DNA of 64,000 bases from Eledone cirrhosa (Eukaryota), in contig CAXHJY010001254.1 in assembly GCA_964016885.1 (NCBI GenBank), positions 1 through 64,000 on the forward strand, read 5' to 3'. The notes below the pieces were generated by a model, which had not been told where the DNA came from, ran no database searches, and saw only the letters and a list, made by a program, of their open reading frames with translations. Below, piece after piece: positions 25,800 to 37,325 of the stretch (the first letter of the stretch is position 1; every line of letters starts with the position of its first letter). The translations under genes and the position numbers were made by a program.

Positions 25800-28700
25800 T
25801 TATAGCACCACCTGGCGAAGTCTTTCAATTCAGGATTTGGGCACCATGGCCCATTCGAGAAGAGAATTACTGTTGCGGAGACATATCCGGGTGTGGGTGG
25901 TTTGTCCGGGATTACTTGGAGGAATTTGTCCAAAGACTTCTTGAATTTTGTGTGGTCAGTTTCTGTTTTGACGTGTCCTGGTGTGATGTTGAAGAGAGCA
26001 GGGCCAATTGAGGTGAAATAATTATGCCGTATTGTTGTTATGAGTTGCGATTTAGATTTTTGTTTGGGACGGATAGCACGGGGCCCAAGCCTTGGGTGTA
26101 TTTTGAAGGTGATGCCAACATCATTTGGGCAGTGCTGATGAAACATTTTCCACATCATGCAGATAATATAACGCTCACGGCGACGTTGGAGTGAGTAAAG
26201 TTTCAGCTTTTCTAGTCGACCCCAGTAGTCAAGGTCTGACATGCCATCTATCTTTTTCGTTATTGCTCTTTGGGGAGCTTCAAGTTTCATGATACTTTGT
26301 TTCGTGTGGGGAGACCATAGTGGACAACATTATTCAAGGTGTGGTCGGGCAAAAGTGGAGAAGAGAAGGATAATGGTGTGGGAATCTCTCGACTGGAAGG
26401 TTCTGAGGATCCAGGAACACATTCTGCGGGCCATGTCAACTTTGCTGCTTATATGCGTGGCCCAGCTTATGTTGCTGTCCACGGTTACTCCCAAGTCTCT
26501 GATGTTGTTAGATGCCACGAGAGTTTCACCGGAGGGAAGGGAGTACGGGAGTTTCAGAGCATCCTCTTTTCCAAAGTGGATCAGTTCGAATTTGTCTTCG
26601 TTCAGTAACATGTTGTTCTTTTCCGCCCATTGGGTAACAGCCAGTAGGTCTGACTGAAGGCTTATCCGGTCATCCACGCCATTGATGACCTTTTGGAGCT
26701 TGGAATCATCAGCGAAAATTCTAATGTTGCTGTGTTTGATGATGTCAGTGATGTCATTAATATAGATGATGAAGAGAAGTGGGCCCAACACAGTGCCTTG
26801 TGGGACCCCACTACTGACTTTGGCTGGGCTGGATTTGACTCCTTCGACTACAACATGTTGGGTTCTGTTTGACAGGAAGCTCTTGATCCACTGCAGCAGC
26901 CTTCCAGTGACACCAATATTGGACAGCTTTCTCAGTAAAATGTTGTGATCAGCCCTGTCAAAGGCCTTGCTGAAATCAAGGTAGATAACATCAGTGTTGG
27001 AACCCTCTCCCAAGGCTCTCAAAATGTCATCAAAGTGATGCAGTAGCTGCGTCAGGCAATCCCTTCCATTACGGAATCCATGCTGGTTGGAGTTCAGCAT
27101 ATTGTTACTCTCAAGGAAGTGGGTCATTCGCGATCACACCACTCTCTCAAATACCTTAATGATATGAGAGGTGAGTGAGATTGGACGGTAATTCACGGCA
27201 AGGGATTTGTTTCCTTTTTTGAAAACTGGGACAACAGACTGGGATAGAAGATTTTCTGGCACATATCCAGCATCCAGTGAGTTCCGCCACAGATTGGCAA
27301 GAGGAGATGCAAGTTGGTGTTGACACGCCTTCAAGACACAAGCAGGGAACCTATCGGGACCTACTGCTGAATTATGCTTGATTTCCTTTATTGCCGCTAA
27401 GACATCAGGGGCGCCAAACGTTATGTCCGATAAGGTGTAATGGGGAGTAACATCGCCGATACAGCCCAGATCGGCCATATCAGGATTGCTGAAAACAGAG
27501 CAGTATTGTTTCTGCAGTATCTCACCCATGATTTTAGCATTGTCTTGAAGGGTGCCATTTTCATCAATTAGAGGGCCAACAATAGAGGCAGTGATTTTAT
27601 GTTTTTTTTGCAAATGAAAAGAACACTTTGGGATTGAGTTTGATCTTCTCAATGGCCCAGGCCTCTTCAGTTCTTCTCTGATTGTTGATGAGGGACATTA
27701 TGTTGTTTTGGAGGTTATGTTTTTTAATCTCTAGTCATGAAATGGCAGTCAAGTTGATGTGTTGCTGCTGACAGTATTTCAGCTTGTTGATTTTTTTGTT
27801 AGTTCTCTTAATTTTCCTGATGAGCGTTTTTCTATTTCTAGGGATTCTGCTCTTAGATTTGTTTATAGTTCTTAATGGGGTGTGTTTTGCACATATGTTT
27901 GTAACAGTGTCCACAAATTTCTGCCAGGACTTTTTGATGTTAGTGGGTGTATGAGTGTGCGTGAAGGACCAGTCGAGATGTGCAAGATCATGACTGATCG
28001 CTTCCCAGTTTGCATTGTGGAAATCCATAGCGTCAAACGGATGGACAGGAGAGATGACATTGGGTTTGTATATTGGACGGTGGAATCTCAGATCACAGAA
28101 AACCATGTCATGATCAGAGAGTAGAGTTTTCTTCACTGAAATATTGTGGATATTGTCAGTGTGATTGCTGAAAATTAAGTCTAGGACGTTTTTGTGGCAC
28201 CTCGTTGGTTCGAGCACCAGTTGGGACAGGAAGAAATCATCCATGAAGTCAAGAAGCGATTCCACTGCTTCCCTGTCAGAGGTTGAGGCAGAAGAACCTG
28301 GTGGCAGGCTGTTTGTGGACCAGTCAACTCCGGGGAGGTATGTTGTCAGGGTGACACTCTTGGATGAAACACTTTATGCTGTTGAGGCATTCCTTGAAGC
28401 ATGGTAGAGGCGTTTGGGGTGGCCTATAGAGCCCAACTACTATTAGGGTGTTGGTTTGACTGAATACATTGACTGCTTCGCAGTATCCATTAGTAAATAT
28501 GTTCATAGCCTCTGTTGAGAAAGAATTATGGACATAAATGGCAGTCCCACCCTTTCTTCTGCCAGCGCGATCAGCACGGATGGCTTTGAAATTTTTCACT
28601 TTCACCTCGGCTTCCAAGTGGAGGTTACTGAGATGGGTTTCAGTGAGGACGAAGAAAGGGATGTGGTTTGGATGGACATCAACCCAGTCCTCTAGGAATT

Positions 28701-28830
28701 TGATCTTCCATTTTTGAGTATTGGTGGAAGGGCTGATGCCTTGGGCGTTAAGCAAAAATGCTGAGGCGAGAGTGGATGGTTTTAATTGTTTTGGTGTGTT
28801 GTTAATTTGTTTGTTTGTTAATGGCAGCAA
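25800..28830 (-). pseudogene. LINE ORF2: APE endonuclease + reverse transcriptase (several frameshifts and stops)
   Basis: LLNAQG, LTETHL, RADR..GG, GLYRPP, LDLIFSN, LSDHD; [61 protein letters not shown]. Confidence 0.92.
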
Positions 28831-29425
28831 TGGGAGTTTGTGAAGTGGGGTGATAGTGGAGGGTGGTTCTGGGTGATAGCTCGAATGTTTTTTTCCAGTT
28901 CTTTTGCCAGATTCATTATGGCTAAAAAAGAGGAAGAAGTTTCCTGTTTAGGAGACTGTTGGTGACTGTGGTAGTGGTTATTTTTATGTAGGTTATGGTT
29001 TTTGTTTTTGCATTTATTTTTATTTTTATTTTCATTTGTCCGACGGGTCCCCGGGAGATGGGTAAAGGGACAATCCCGGTGTAAACATAATCTGTCTCGC
29101 ATGTGGGTATGGTGTGGCGTGCGATGGCCGGAGGCGGGGGAGTGCTCGACCGGAAGGGGTCTTTGGCCGGAAGGATGCTCGACCGGAAGGGCCAGCAGAG
29201 GGTCTCTCTCTAGTGGTGACCAGCACACGGTGTGGACGCGAGTTTTGGGCAGCTCCCGGTGTTAAGCAGTTGGACGCACGTGGAAGAGGAGTACCTGCAG
29301 TGGAATTTAGCGGCGCCTGTGAAAAGCGGTAAGTGAGATAGCTTTTTCTAACCACAAGCTATTTCGGCGACTGAAAAAAAAACAAAAAACCAAAAAAAAA
29401 CACTTGCCGCAAGACAAATCAGAAG

Positions 29426-30187
29426 ATGGCAACAAGACTACGGATGAACGAAGCTATCAGGGCATTCACCGGGGAAGGTGATGTTGTCGCTTGGCTGCGG
29501 AAGGTTCGGCTGGTCGCAAGCTTGCAGAAGATAGAGGACGTGGCCGGCCTCATGGCATTGTACCTCGAGGGCGACGCGCTGGTACTCTTCCTTGAGTTGG
29601 ACGAGCACAGCCAAAGAGATGTGCAGAAGATTGAGAGGCGTCTGATGGATGCATTCGCCGAGGGACCGTTGGCGGCTTTTGCTAAGCTGGCGAGAATCAG
29701 GTGGAATGGTGAGCGCGTCGACATTTTCGCAGCGGAAATAAGGCGGTTGGCTATGTTGGCCGGTTACCAGGCGGAATGCGAACGCACGGTGCGGTTGGCG
29801 TTCATCAATGGATTTCCGGACGACATAGCGGTGAAACTGCAGCAAGTCCCGGGTTATAAAGAGATGGAAATGCGTTCACTGGTGGAACAAGCCCGGATCA
29901 TAGCGGAAGATGCCAAAAAGAGTGTTGCGGCGATGGCAACTACGGAGGCTCAGGACACCTGGCAGCGAAATGGTGAAAGGGAGGCAACCTCGACACGCGG
30001 CCGTCCGCATGCGTTTAGGGGGCGCTGTTTTCGGTGCCAGGGCCCGCATATGGCTAGAGACTGTAGAGAGTCGAAGCCGGAGATAATTTGCTACCGGTGT
30101 AAGCGACCGGGCCACATCGCTACTAACTGCGACCAGGGAAACGATCCAAGGGGAACTACTGCGCCGGTAGTTGCCCCTTACGAGTAG
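29426..30187 (+). CDS. gag: Gag with two CCHC-type zinc knuckles
   Basis: CFRCQGPHMARDC and CYRCKRPGHIATNC. Confidence 0.9.
   Translation: MATRLRMNEAIRAFTGEGDVVAWLRKVRLVASLQKIEDVAGLMALYLEGDALVLFLELDEHSQRDVQKIERRLMDAFAEGPLAAFAKLARIRWNGERVDIFAAEIRRLAMLAGYQAECERTVRLAFINGFPDDIAVKLQQVPGYKEMEMRSLVEQARIIAEDAKKSVAAMATTEAQDTWQRNGEREATSTRGRPHAFRGRCFRCQGPHMARDCRESKPEIICYRCKRPGHIATNCDQGNDPRGTTAPVVAPYE
30136..30178 (+). promoter_or_regulatory. Programmed -1 ribosomal frameshift signal
   Basis: In-frame G GGA AAC heptamer, 6-nt spacer, hairpin aggggaactac-tgcgccg-gtagttgcccct. pol is in the -1 frame. Confidence 0.8.
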
Positions 30188-30198
30188 CGGCGCTGCCC

Positions 30199-33013
30199 GT
30201 GGTGGAAGTCTTCGTGAGGGGGAAGCCACAGCGAGCCCTCGTGGATACGGGCTGTACGACGACACTGGTGACCGCGGGGGTGGCGCAGAGGTGGGGAGGG
30301 AAGAGCAGCGTAAGGGCAGTCGACGGCAGGAAAATTGAATGCCGAGGTTGCAGCGAGATGGAAATAGCGGTACGGGGAAGGAGGATAAGGCTTTCCGCCA
30401 TCGTGGTAGACAGTGTGGTGGAAGGGATCGGCGTGGTTATGGGCATGGACGCGATTGGCCGTCTAGGGGGCGTCACGGTGAACAATGTCGGTGTGTCGTT
30501 TGGCGCCGCTGCATCGGTATGCGCTGTGAGTGCACGTCATGAGAACCAGAAGGCCCACGAGGAGGAATACCCCGCTTACACTGTACAGGACAAAGACTTC
30601 AAGGCCGTGTTTGATGGGCAGCGATGGGTTGGTGAGTGGTACTGGAAGGGAGAACCACTAACACTGGAGACCAAAGTGGGCTGCTATCAACACACATTGA
30701 AGGGAAACGCTAGGAGCGAGTTCGAGCGAGAAGTAGAGAGATGGATCGAAGAGGGCATACTGCTTCCCTGGAAGGAGGAGGTGAAGTGCGGAGTATTGCC
30801 GTTGATGGCGGTGGTGCAACCCACGAAGAGCAAGGTGAGGCCGGTGCTGGACTATCGGGAGCTGAACGAGCACGTGTCATGCCACACGGGTGGCGAGGTC
30901 ACGGATATCTGTGGGGAAACCCTGCGTGAGTGGAGACGCATGACGGGGGGTTCAGCGATCGTGGATCTAAAGTCGGCTTACTTGCAGTTGCATATAGATG
31001 AGAAGCTCTGGCGGTATCAGCTGGTCAGGTATAAGGGCCGGACATATTGCCTGACCAGGCTCGGTTTCGGGCTGAGCTCCGCACCGAAGATCATGGCGGC
31101 GGTCCTCAAGACCGCTCTGGGGAGGGCCGACAAGATAAAAAGGGCTACTAACTCCTATATTGACGACATCCTAGTGGACGAGTCGGTGGTGTCGACGGCA
31201 GAGGTCACGAGCCATTTGCGGAGGTATGGACTGACTGCGAAGCCATCAGAAGCATTGGAGGGAGGAGCCGCGCTGGGACTTAGGCTACGGCGAGACAAGA
31301 CGGGCGTTTTGGTGTTCCAGAGGGGAAACGAAGTCCCGGAACTGGGCCCAAGTATGAATAGGCGGGAGCTTTTCTCGGTGTGTGGAAAGCTGGTGGGTCA
31401 CTACCCGATCGCTGGGTGGCTCCGGACGGCATGCAGCTATGTCAAGAGACGAGCGGGAGGGGTGACTTGGAGTGACAGAGTGGGAGAGAGGACGATGGCC
31501 ATGATGCAGGAGATCGTGGGGAGGGTGAAGGCCGACGACCCAGTGCGGGGACGCTGGTACGTTCCCAAATCACAGAGCGGGCCCGTATGGTGCGATGCCA
31601 GCAGCATAGTGCTGGGTGTCACGTTGGAGATAGGAGGTGTTGAGGTCGAGGATGCAGCCTGGCTTAGAAAGAAGGACGACTGCAGCCACATCAATGTGGC
31701 CGAGCTGGACGCGGTGTTGAGAGGAGTGAACCTCGCCCTGCGGTGGGGGCTGCGCACCATCGAGATACGCACCGACTCGGCTACTGTACTCGGATGGGTA
31801 AGATCAGTGCTCACCAGTGAGAAGAGAGTGCGAACGAGAGGCACGGCGGAGATGCTGATAAAGCGCCGCCTGGGAACGTTAGGAGAGCTGGCCACCGAGT
31901 TCGACCTGAAGCTGAGAGCAGTGTTCGTGCCCTCAGAGAAAAATAGGGCGGACATCTTAACTAGAGTGAAGAAAGCCTGGATGGAAGCGCCGGAGGAGGT
32001 GGAGGATGAGATAGCTGCCGTGTGTCGGCTGACCGAGTTAGACCTGAGGGGGTTGCATGACATGCACCACATGGGGGTGGATAGGAGCCTGTTCCTAGCC
32101 AGGAGAATTGACTCGGACGTTAGCAGACACAGTGTTCGGGGGGGGGGGGGGGGTTAGAGGCTGCGTCCGATGTCAGTCCATTGATCCCGCCCCGGGTGTA
32201 CACGAAACGGGAAGCCTCCCGGTGGATCGCGACTGGAAGCGATTAGCGGTGGATGTGACGCACTACCGGCAGGGAACGTACCTCTCGATGGTCGACTGTG
32301 GACCAGGTCGAGTGGCGATATGGAGGGAGATGAAGACTGGAACGGCCGAGGAAATCGTGCGGACGTTGAGAGAGGTGTTCTTGGAGCGGGGCCCTGTGGA
32401 CGAACTGCTGATGGACAACAGCGCAGCGTTCCGCTCGGAGGCACTGAGGGAGATGCTCGATGGATGGAAGGTGGACCGTTTCTTCAGAGCGGCGCACAGG
32501 CCGAGCGGGAATGGAATCGTGGAGCGACACCACCGGACGATCAAGGCAATGGCGGAGCGGGGCCATATCTCACCAATGAAGGCAGTGTTCTGGTACAATA
32601 TGTCCCCTCGGGTTGGACAGGTCGAGGAATCGGTGCCACATAGAGCAGTATTCAAATACGAGTGGCGGCACGCGTGCACGCCACCACAACGGCCAGTGGG
32701 GAGGGAGAGTGCATTCGGGCAGGTGGGCGAAGAAGTCTGGGTTAAGCCCCCAGATGCACGTTGCACATCTCAATGGGGAAGGGGAACGGTGACGGCCGTA
32801 AATTCAAAGAACAATGTGCCCGTGGACGGGGTACCACGTCATGTCCTGGATGTAAGAAGAATCACTGTGTCGACGGACTCCGAGGAAGAGGAAACCCAAG
32901 ATGAGGTGGAAACCCAGAGCTCTGCCCCAATACTACGAAGATCGCAACGAAGTCGTAGACCACCGGCCTGGACAGCAGACTTTCATATGCAGAGGGACGA
33001 GGGGGGAAATTGA
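30199..33013 (+). CDS. pol: Pol (protease, RT, RNase H, integrase); single frame break at the G-run 32137-32153
   Basis: LVDTGC; VDLKSAY, RLGFGL, YIDDI; WCDAS, AELDAV, TDSAT; H-H..CVRC, VDVTH, MDN, GNGIVERHHRTIK. Confidence 0.9.
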
Positions 33014-33284
33014 TCCTTGAGATCAGGGGGCGTGTGGGTATGGTGTGGAGTGCGGTGGCCGGAGGCGGGGGAGTGCTCGACCGGAAGGGTGTGTGGAGTG
33101 CTCGACCGGAAGGGCCAGCAGAGGGCCTCTCTCTAGTGGTGACCAGCACACGGTGTGGACGCGAGTTTTGGGCAGCTCCCGGTGTTAAGCAGTTGGACGC
33201 ACGTGGAAGAGGAGTACCTGCAGTGGAATTTAGCGGCGCCTGTGAAAAGTGGTAAGTGAGATAGCTTTTTCTAACCACATCGCA

Positions 33285-33806
33285 GGGAAAAGCGGCAGAT
33301 TTGTGGATTCCTTGTTTGAGTTATTGGTGGTGTTGGTGTTAAATTAGAGTATGTATTATGGTGGTGGCTGTTTGTGGGGATAGACCGTTTTGTCCTAGGT
33401 AAATGGGTGAATTTGCAGCCACTATCCGTACATATTCTATAGCGTAGAGAGTAACGACAAATGGTGGGGTTTCGAGTGGGTGTGTGTGTGTGTTGTGAGA
33501 GGTGTAGATGATGGTTTGAGTAGGTTTTGACGACCTTTGTGGGCTGTGGGAGGGAGAGTTCATGTACTGGTATTAGAAGGTAAATTCCTTGAGATAGCAG
33601 TAGGCAAAGATGTAGTAGTAGTAGTAGTAGTAGTAGTAGGCAGAGGAGATGTTAGCAGTGGTGATGATTGGACTGCTGGGACAGAGAAAGGAAGTGGCGT
33701 TTCCTGCTGTGAGACAGTGGCTACTATGAGGTCAATAGTTTCATTTAGTAGATCGGCCATTGTTGATGAATCAAGGAGTGGTTCACACTGTTGTTGTTGT
33801 TGCCGT

Positions 33807-33853
<47 letters not shown>

Positions 33854-34084
33854 GACAGCATCCGAAGAAAAAACACACCGTAGTTTATCCAAATGTTTAT
33901 TGATTAATTTATTTTGAATCTGTTGTTCAGATCGGGTTTTCAAAAGGTGAACTGTATGTTTAGCAATGTCGTTCAGACATGAAGAATCTATGTCTTCTGT
34001 TTGGGTAAGGCAATGCCATGTGTTTATTAGAATGTCGATTTCATTATCAGACCAGTTCTGTTTGGATTTTTGCTGGTTAGCCAT
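33285..34084 (-). pseudogene. LINE ORF1 N-terminal part (Myb/SANT-like start, polyQ/polyT linker, CCCH fingers); continues at 29101-28820
   Basis: WSDNEIDILINTW..RSEQQIQNK; ICRYSLRYRICTDSGCKFTH; ICRFSLR/DRLCLHRDCPFTH across the LTR insertion. Confidence 0.7.
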
Positions 34085-34330
34085 TCTAGTTTTGAGTGTG
34101 TGTGTTTTAGTTAAGTATTTCAATATATATATTTTTTGTTTTTTTTTTTGTTTTTCTTGTGTGTGAGTGAGAAGTGTATATATAAATATGAGTATATATA
34201 TATAAATATATTCTGGTTATTTGAAATTAATGAAAGGACGAAAGTATATAATAATTTATAGTTAAAGGAAAATGTACTCACAAGTTGGTAAACACGTGGT
34301 TTCAAATATATAAGAATATATATATACATT

Positions 34331-34520
34331 CAGTGGCGGACTGGCTCTAAAAATATTGGTTGCCAGGAGCTGAAGGGGTGCCCACATACATATTGAATGT
34401 TATCATTTAATTTTTATAATGAATAAATAGCATTTTCGAAAAATACATAAGTTGAAACAAAATGTAATCAAATTTTTGTAGAAAAATATCTTACCTTCTC
34501 CAATAAAAAATATTATGTAT
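34331..34520. mobile_element. hAT-like MITE end fragment
   Basis: Begins CAGTGGCGGACTGG, a typical hAT TIR. No partner end was found. Confidence 0.4.
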
Positions 34521-34535
34521 TTTGCGAAATCAATA

Positions 34536-35184
34536 ATGACCAGAAGTCGACCTTAAATATTACTTATAGCTCTAGGAAAGCCATGAACGACACCACATCT
34601 TTTTAACTTTGATTTTGAAAGTAGTTTATAATTATCAATCTTCATTATACTTTTGTAGCTGGATTGGCAGTGTCGGTAGAGGGTCGGACGCCATGCTTTG
34701 ATGTATTGAGTTACGGCCCTTGCCATTCTGAGTTCAGATCCCGCCGAGGTTAACTTTGCCTTTCATCCTTACGGGGTCGATAAAATAAAGTACCAGTAAT
34801 GTACTGGGTAATTACTGGCCTTGTGCCAAAAGTAGAAGCAATTATACTTTTGTAGCTGTCTCAGTGGCCTAGTTGGAGGAATCATAGACGCTGGTGATCC
34901 TGGTCTGAAGTTCGATCTTGGTCGGTAGTAGGTTTCCCGGTAAACGTTTTCAGTTTTTTTCTATTGGTTGTAAAATAAAAAACTGAAAAAGGTTACATGT
35001 ACTTCTTGACCAGGATTGAACCCAAGGCCACTTCTCCACCGTCTCTAGTACTTACCGCTAGGCCACAGAGACAACTACGAAAATCTTATGAAACTTCATA
35101 CTTATAAACCTACTTTCTAAATTTTCACAAACAAAATGATATGTTGTCGTTCATGTCTTTCTTAATGTCGACTTCTAAATCATT
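34536..35184. mobile_element. Old inverted-repeat (MITE-like) element with two convergent tRNA-like segments
   Basis: agaagtcgac/gtcgacttct, catgaacgaca/tgtcgttcatg and gaaagtag..tata/tata..ctactttc pairs. A/B boxes at 34864-34920 (plus) and 35010-35068 (minus). Confidence 0.6.
34662..34840 (+). mobile_element. tRNA-derived SINE (family 1) with an 18-bp TSD
   Basis: TSD attatacttttgtagctg at 34644-34661 and 34841-34858. Confidence 0.9.
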
Positions 35185-35229
35185 TGGGTGTTCCATAAAG
35201 TTCATCCTCGTTTTATTTCTCATATATCT

Positions 35230-35488
35230 AGACTACATTTTAACCTGTAATAAACTCATTCAGCCTGTTATATAAAAAGAAAATGGCTTCCTCCACCGGT
35301 TGATTGGAGATAATACAACGGGATTCCACACAGTATCGGTCTGCCAACTTTCATTCCCAATTTCACTTTGACATTGGTAATCCTGATACTATATAGTAGA
35401 AGACATTTGTCGAAGGTGCCACACACTTGGATTGAACTCGAAACCACATGGTTGGGAAACAAACTCCTTAACCACACAACCAGTGCCA
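35230..35488 (-). mobile_element. tRNA-derived SINE (family 2); degraded copy at about 41445-41740 (minus)
   Basis: Reverse complement: tggttgtgtggttaag..gagttcaatcc..ggcaccttcgacaaatgtcttct. Confidence 0.75.
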
Positions 35489-36307
35489 GAACCTATAATT
35501 AATTATTTTAACCAACAAATATCCCAGAATTCTCCTTCATAATAAATTTCATTTCATTTTAACTTTTCCCAATAATTTTCACTTCTCTCGATTCAATTTT
35601 TTCAATTAGAAATCCTAGTTTTTCCTGCCGAGACAATAGTTAGCTGTTAAAAAACAAACAATTGGAATAATAAAAAAAAAAAAAACACAATTAAAAAAGT
35701 AATAGATATAAAAACACAACAATACTAAATTTAAATAAAAAAAAACTAGATTATTTCATATTTTATATTCAATAAATTATATAATCATAATGGATGGATT
35801 AAATTATTTCATTGTTTTCTAAGTTCTCCCCTCAAGACAAAACTTTCTTCATCTTTTCTTGTGGTTTATATATTTCTGATTCTTATTTCCTGCCTCGTGG
35901 CTCTTCTTGTTGTTGTTGTTGGTGGTGGTGTTGACGTTGTTGTTGGTGGCGGTGTTGATGGTTTTAATGTTGACGTTGTTGTCTTGGTGGTGGTGATAAT
36001 GTTGTTATTGACTGAATGAAACAGTTCTAGTCCCGTTCAGGTCATGTGTATATATATATATAATATGTATATATAATATGTATATGTATGTATATATATA
36101 TATAGGAAAGTAAGCCCATAGAATCATTAGATATAATATATACAGTATTTCTTCTCCCAATCAGCATAATCAACCATACAAAAAATCATTTAAACGAGGC
36201 GATAGGTTTAAAATATACCTATGAAGAAATAATAGATAATTAAATGATAGCTTTTTATCCGCGATTCACAGCCACAGAAAATTTACCATTTCTCTCTCTA
36301 TCTATCG

Positions 36308-36346
<39 letters not shown>

Positions 36347-36426
36347 TAAAGGTTAAACAAGGTTCAATGAATAAATCAAAGAATTAGTTTAAACAATAGA
36401 TTGGAAGGGTATGTCATGCATCATCT

Positions 36427-36493
36427 TATTTTATCTGATGAGGACGTACTATTGAAGATAGCTCAGTACATCTGAAATATGTATAATAAAATA
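36427..36493 (+). ncRNA. Type I hammerhead ribozyme in a short TA-flanked fragment
   Basis: tattttat-CTGATGA-ggacgtact..agtacatct-GAAA-tatgta-TA-ataaaata. Perfect 8-bp stem I. Confidence 0.8.
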
Positions 36494-36587
36494 CTTGATC
36501 ACACGAATGTCTATTTTTGTTAATATTTTTAATTAATACATATATAATTTACCATTTCTCTCTCGCTCTCTCTCTATATATATATAT

Positions 36588-37325
36588 GGAAAAAATGAAA
36601 TTTCATTTCTCACTCTTAGTACGGCTGATACTTAAATATAAGTATATATACGTACATACATATATGTATACAGACGTACAGTAGTATGTATATACATACA
36701 TACATGCACACATATATATACATGTACGTATGGGTTTACCGAACATTTATTATAATGCTCGGTTTGTTTGTAAACAAAGAGCCCAAATTATTAGCCGTAC
36801 AGTGTTCGGCAACTATCGATGCCCTTTTGTTCAACACTGACAAAAGAACGACAAACTAGTTTCTAGCTTATTAGCTGTCATTAGCACCGTATACCTTCCT
36901 GTCATTTGATTGAACGTTTGAAAATATATACTTTCCTTATGCATATTAATCGTTTTCGGTACGCCCGGCCGACTAACTCACTCGATATGCAAATTAGGCT
37001 GCTCAGCCATTAATATGTATAAGGAAAGTATATACTTTCAAACGTTCAATCAACTGACAGGAAGGTATATGGTGCTAATGACAGCTAATAAGCTAGAACT
37101 AGTTCATCGTTCCTTTGTCAGTGTTGAACAAAATGGCAACGATGGTTGCCGAACACTGTACGGCTAATAATTCGGGCTGTTTGTTTACAAACTGAACATT
37201 ATAATAAATATTCGGTAAACCCATACGTACATGTATATGTGTGTGCATGTATGTATGTACTGTATATACATACTACTGTACGTCTGTATACATATATGTA
37301 TGTACGTATACATACTTATATTTAT
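36588..37325. mobile_element. Older two-armed insertion of the 439/466-nt HHR family
   Basis: 36588-36950 matches 10766-11140. 36950-37325 is the reverse complement of the unit. The HHR cores have decayed (CTAATGA). Confidence 0.8.

Larger units (their letters stand above)
29102..33279 (+). mobile_element. Complete compact Gypsy/Ty3-like LTR retrotransposon (about 4.18 kb)
   Basis: LTRs 29102-29356 and 33033-33279 (TG..CA). TSD TCGCA at 29097-29101 and 33280-33284. Purine tract at 33025-33032. Order gag-PR-RT-RH-IN. Confidence 0.95.
25755..34322 (-). mobile_element. Full-length CR1/L2-group non-LTR retrotransposon (ORF1+ORF2), interrupted by an LTR element
   Basis: APE and RT motifs on the minus strand. 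ORF1 is continuous across the TSD. The 3' end abuts (TA)n. Confidence 0.88.

Noticed and set aside
34853-35078. tRNA genes
   Set aside because: Only A/B boxes are present and no complete cloverleaf could be folded. The same applies to the SINE heads.
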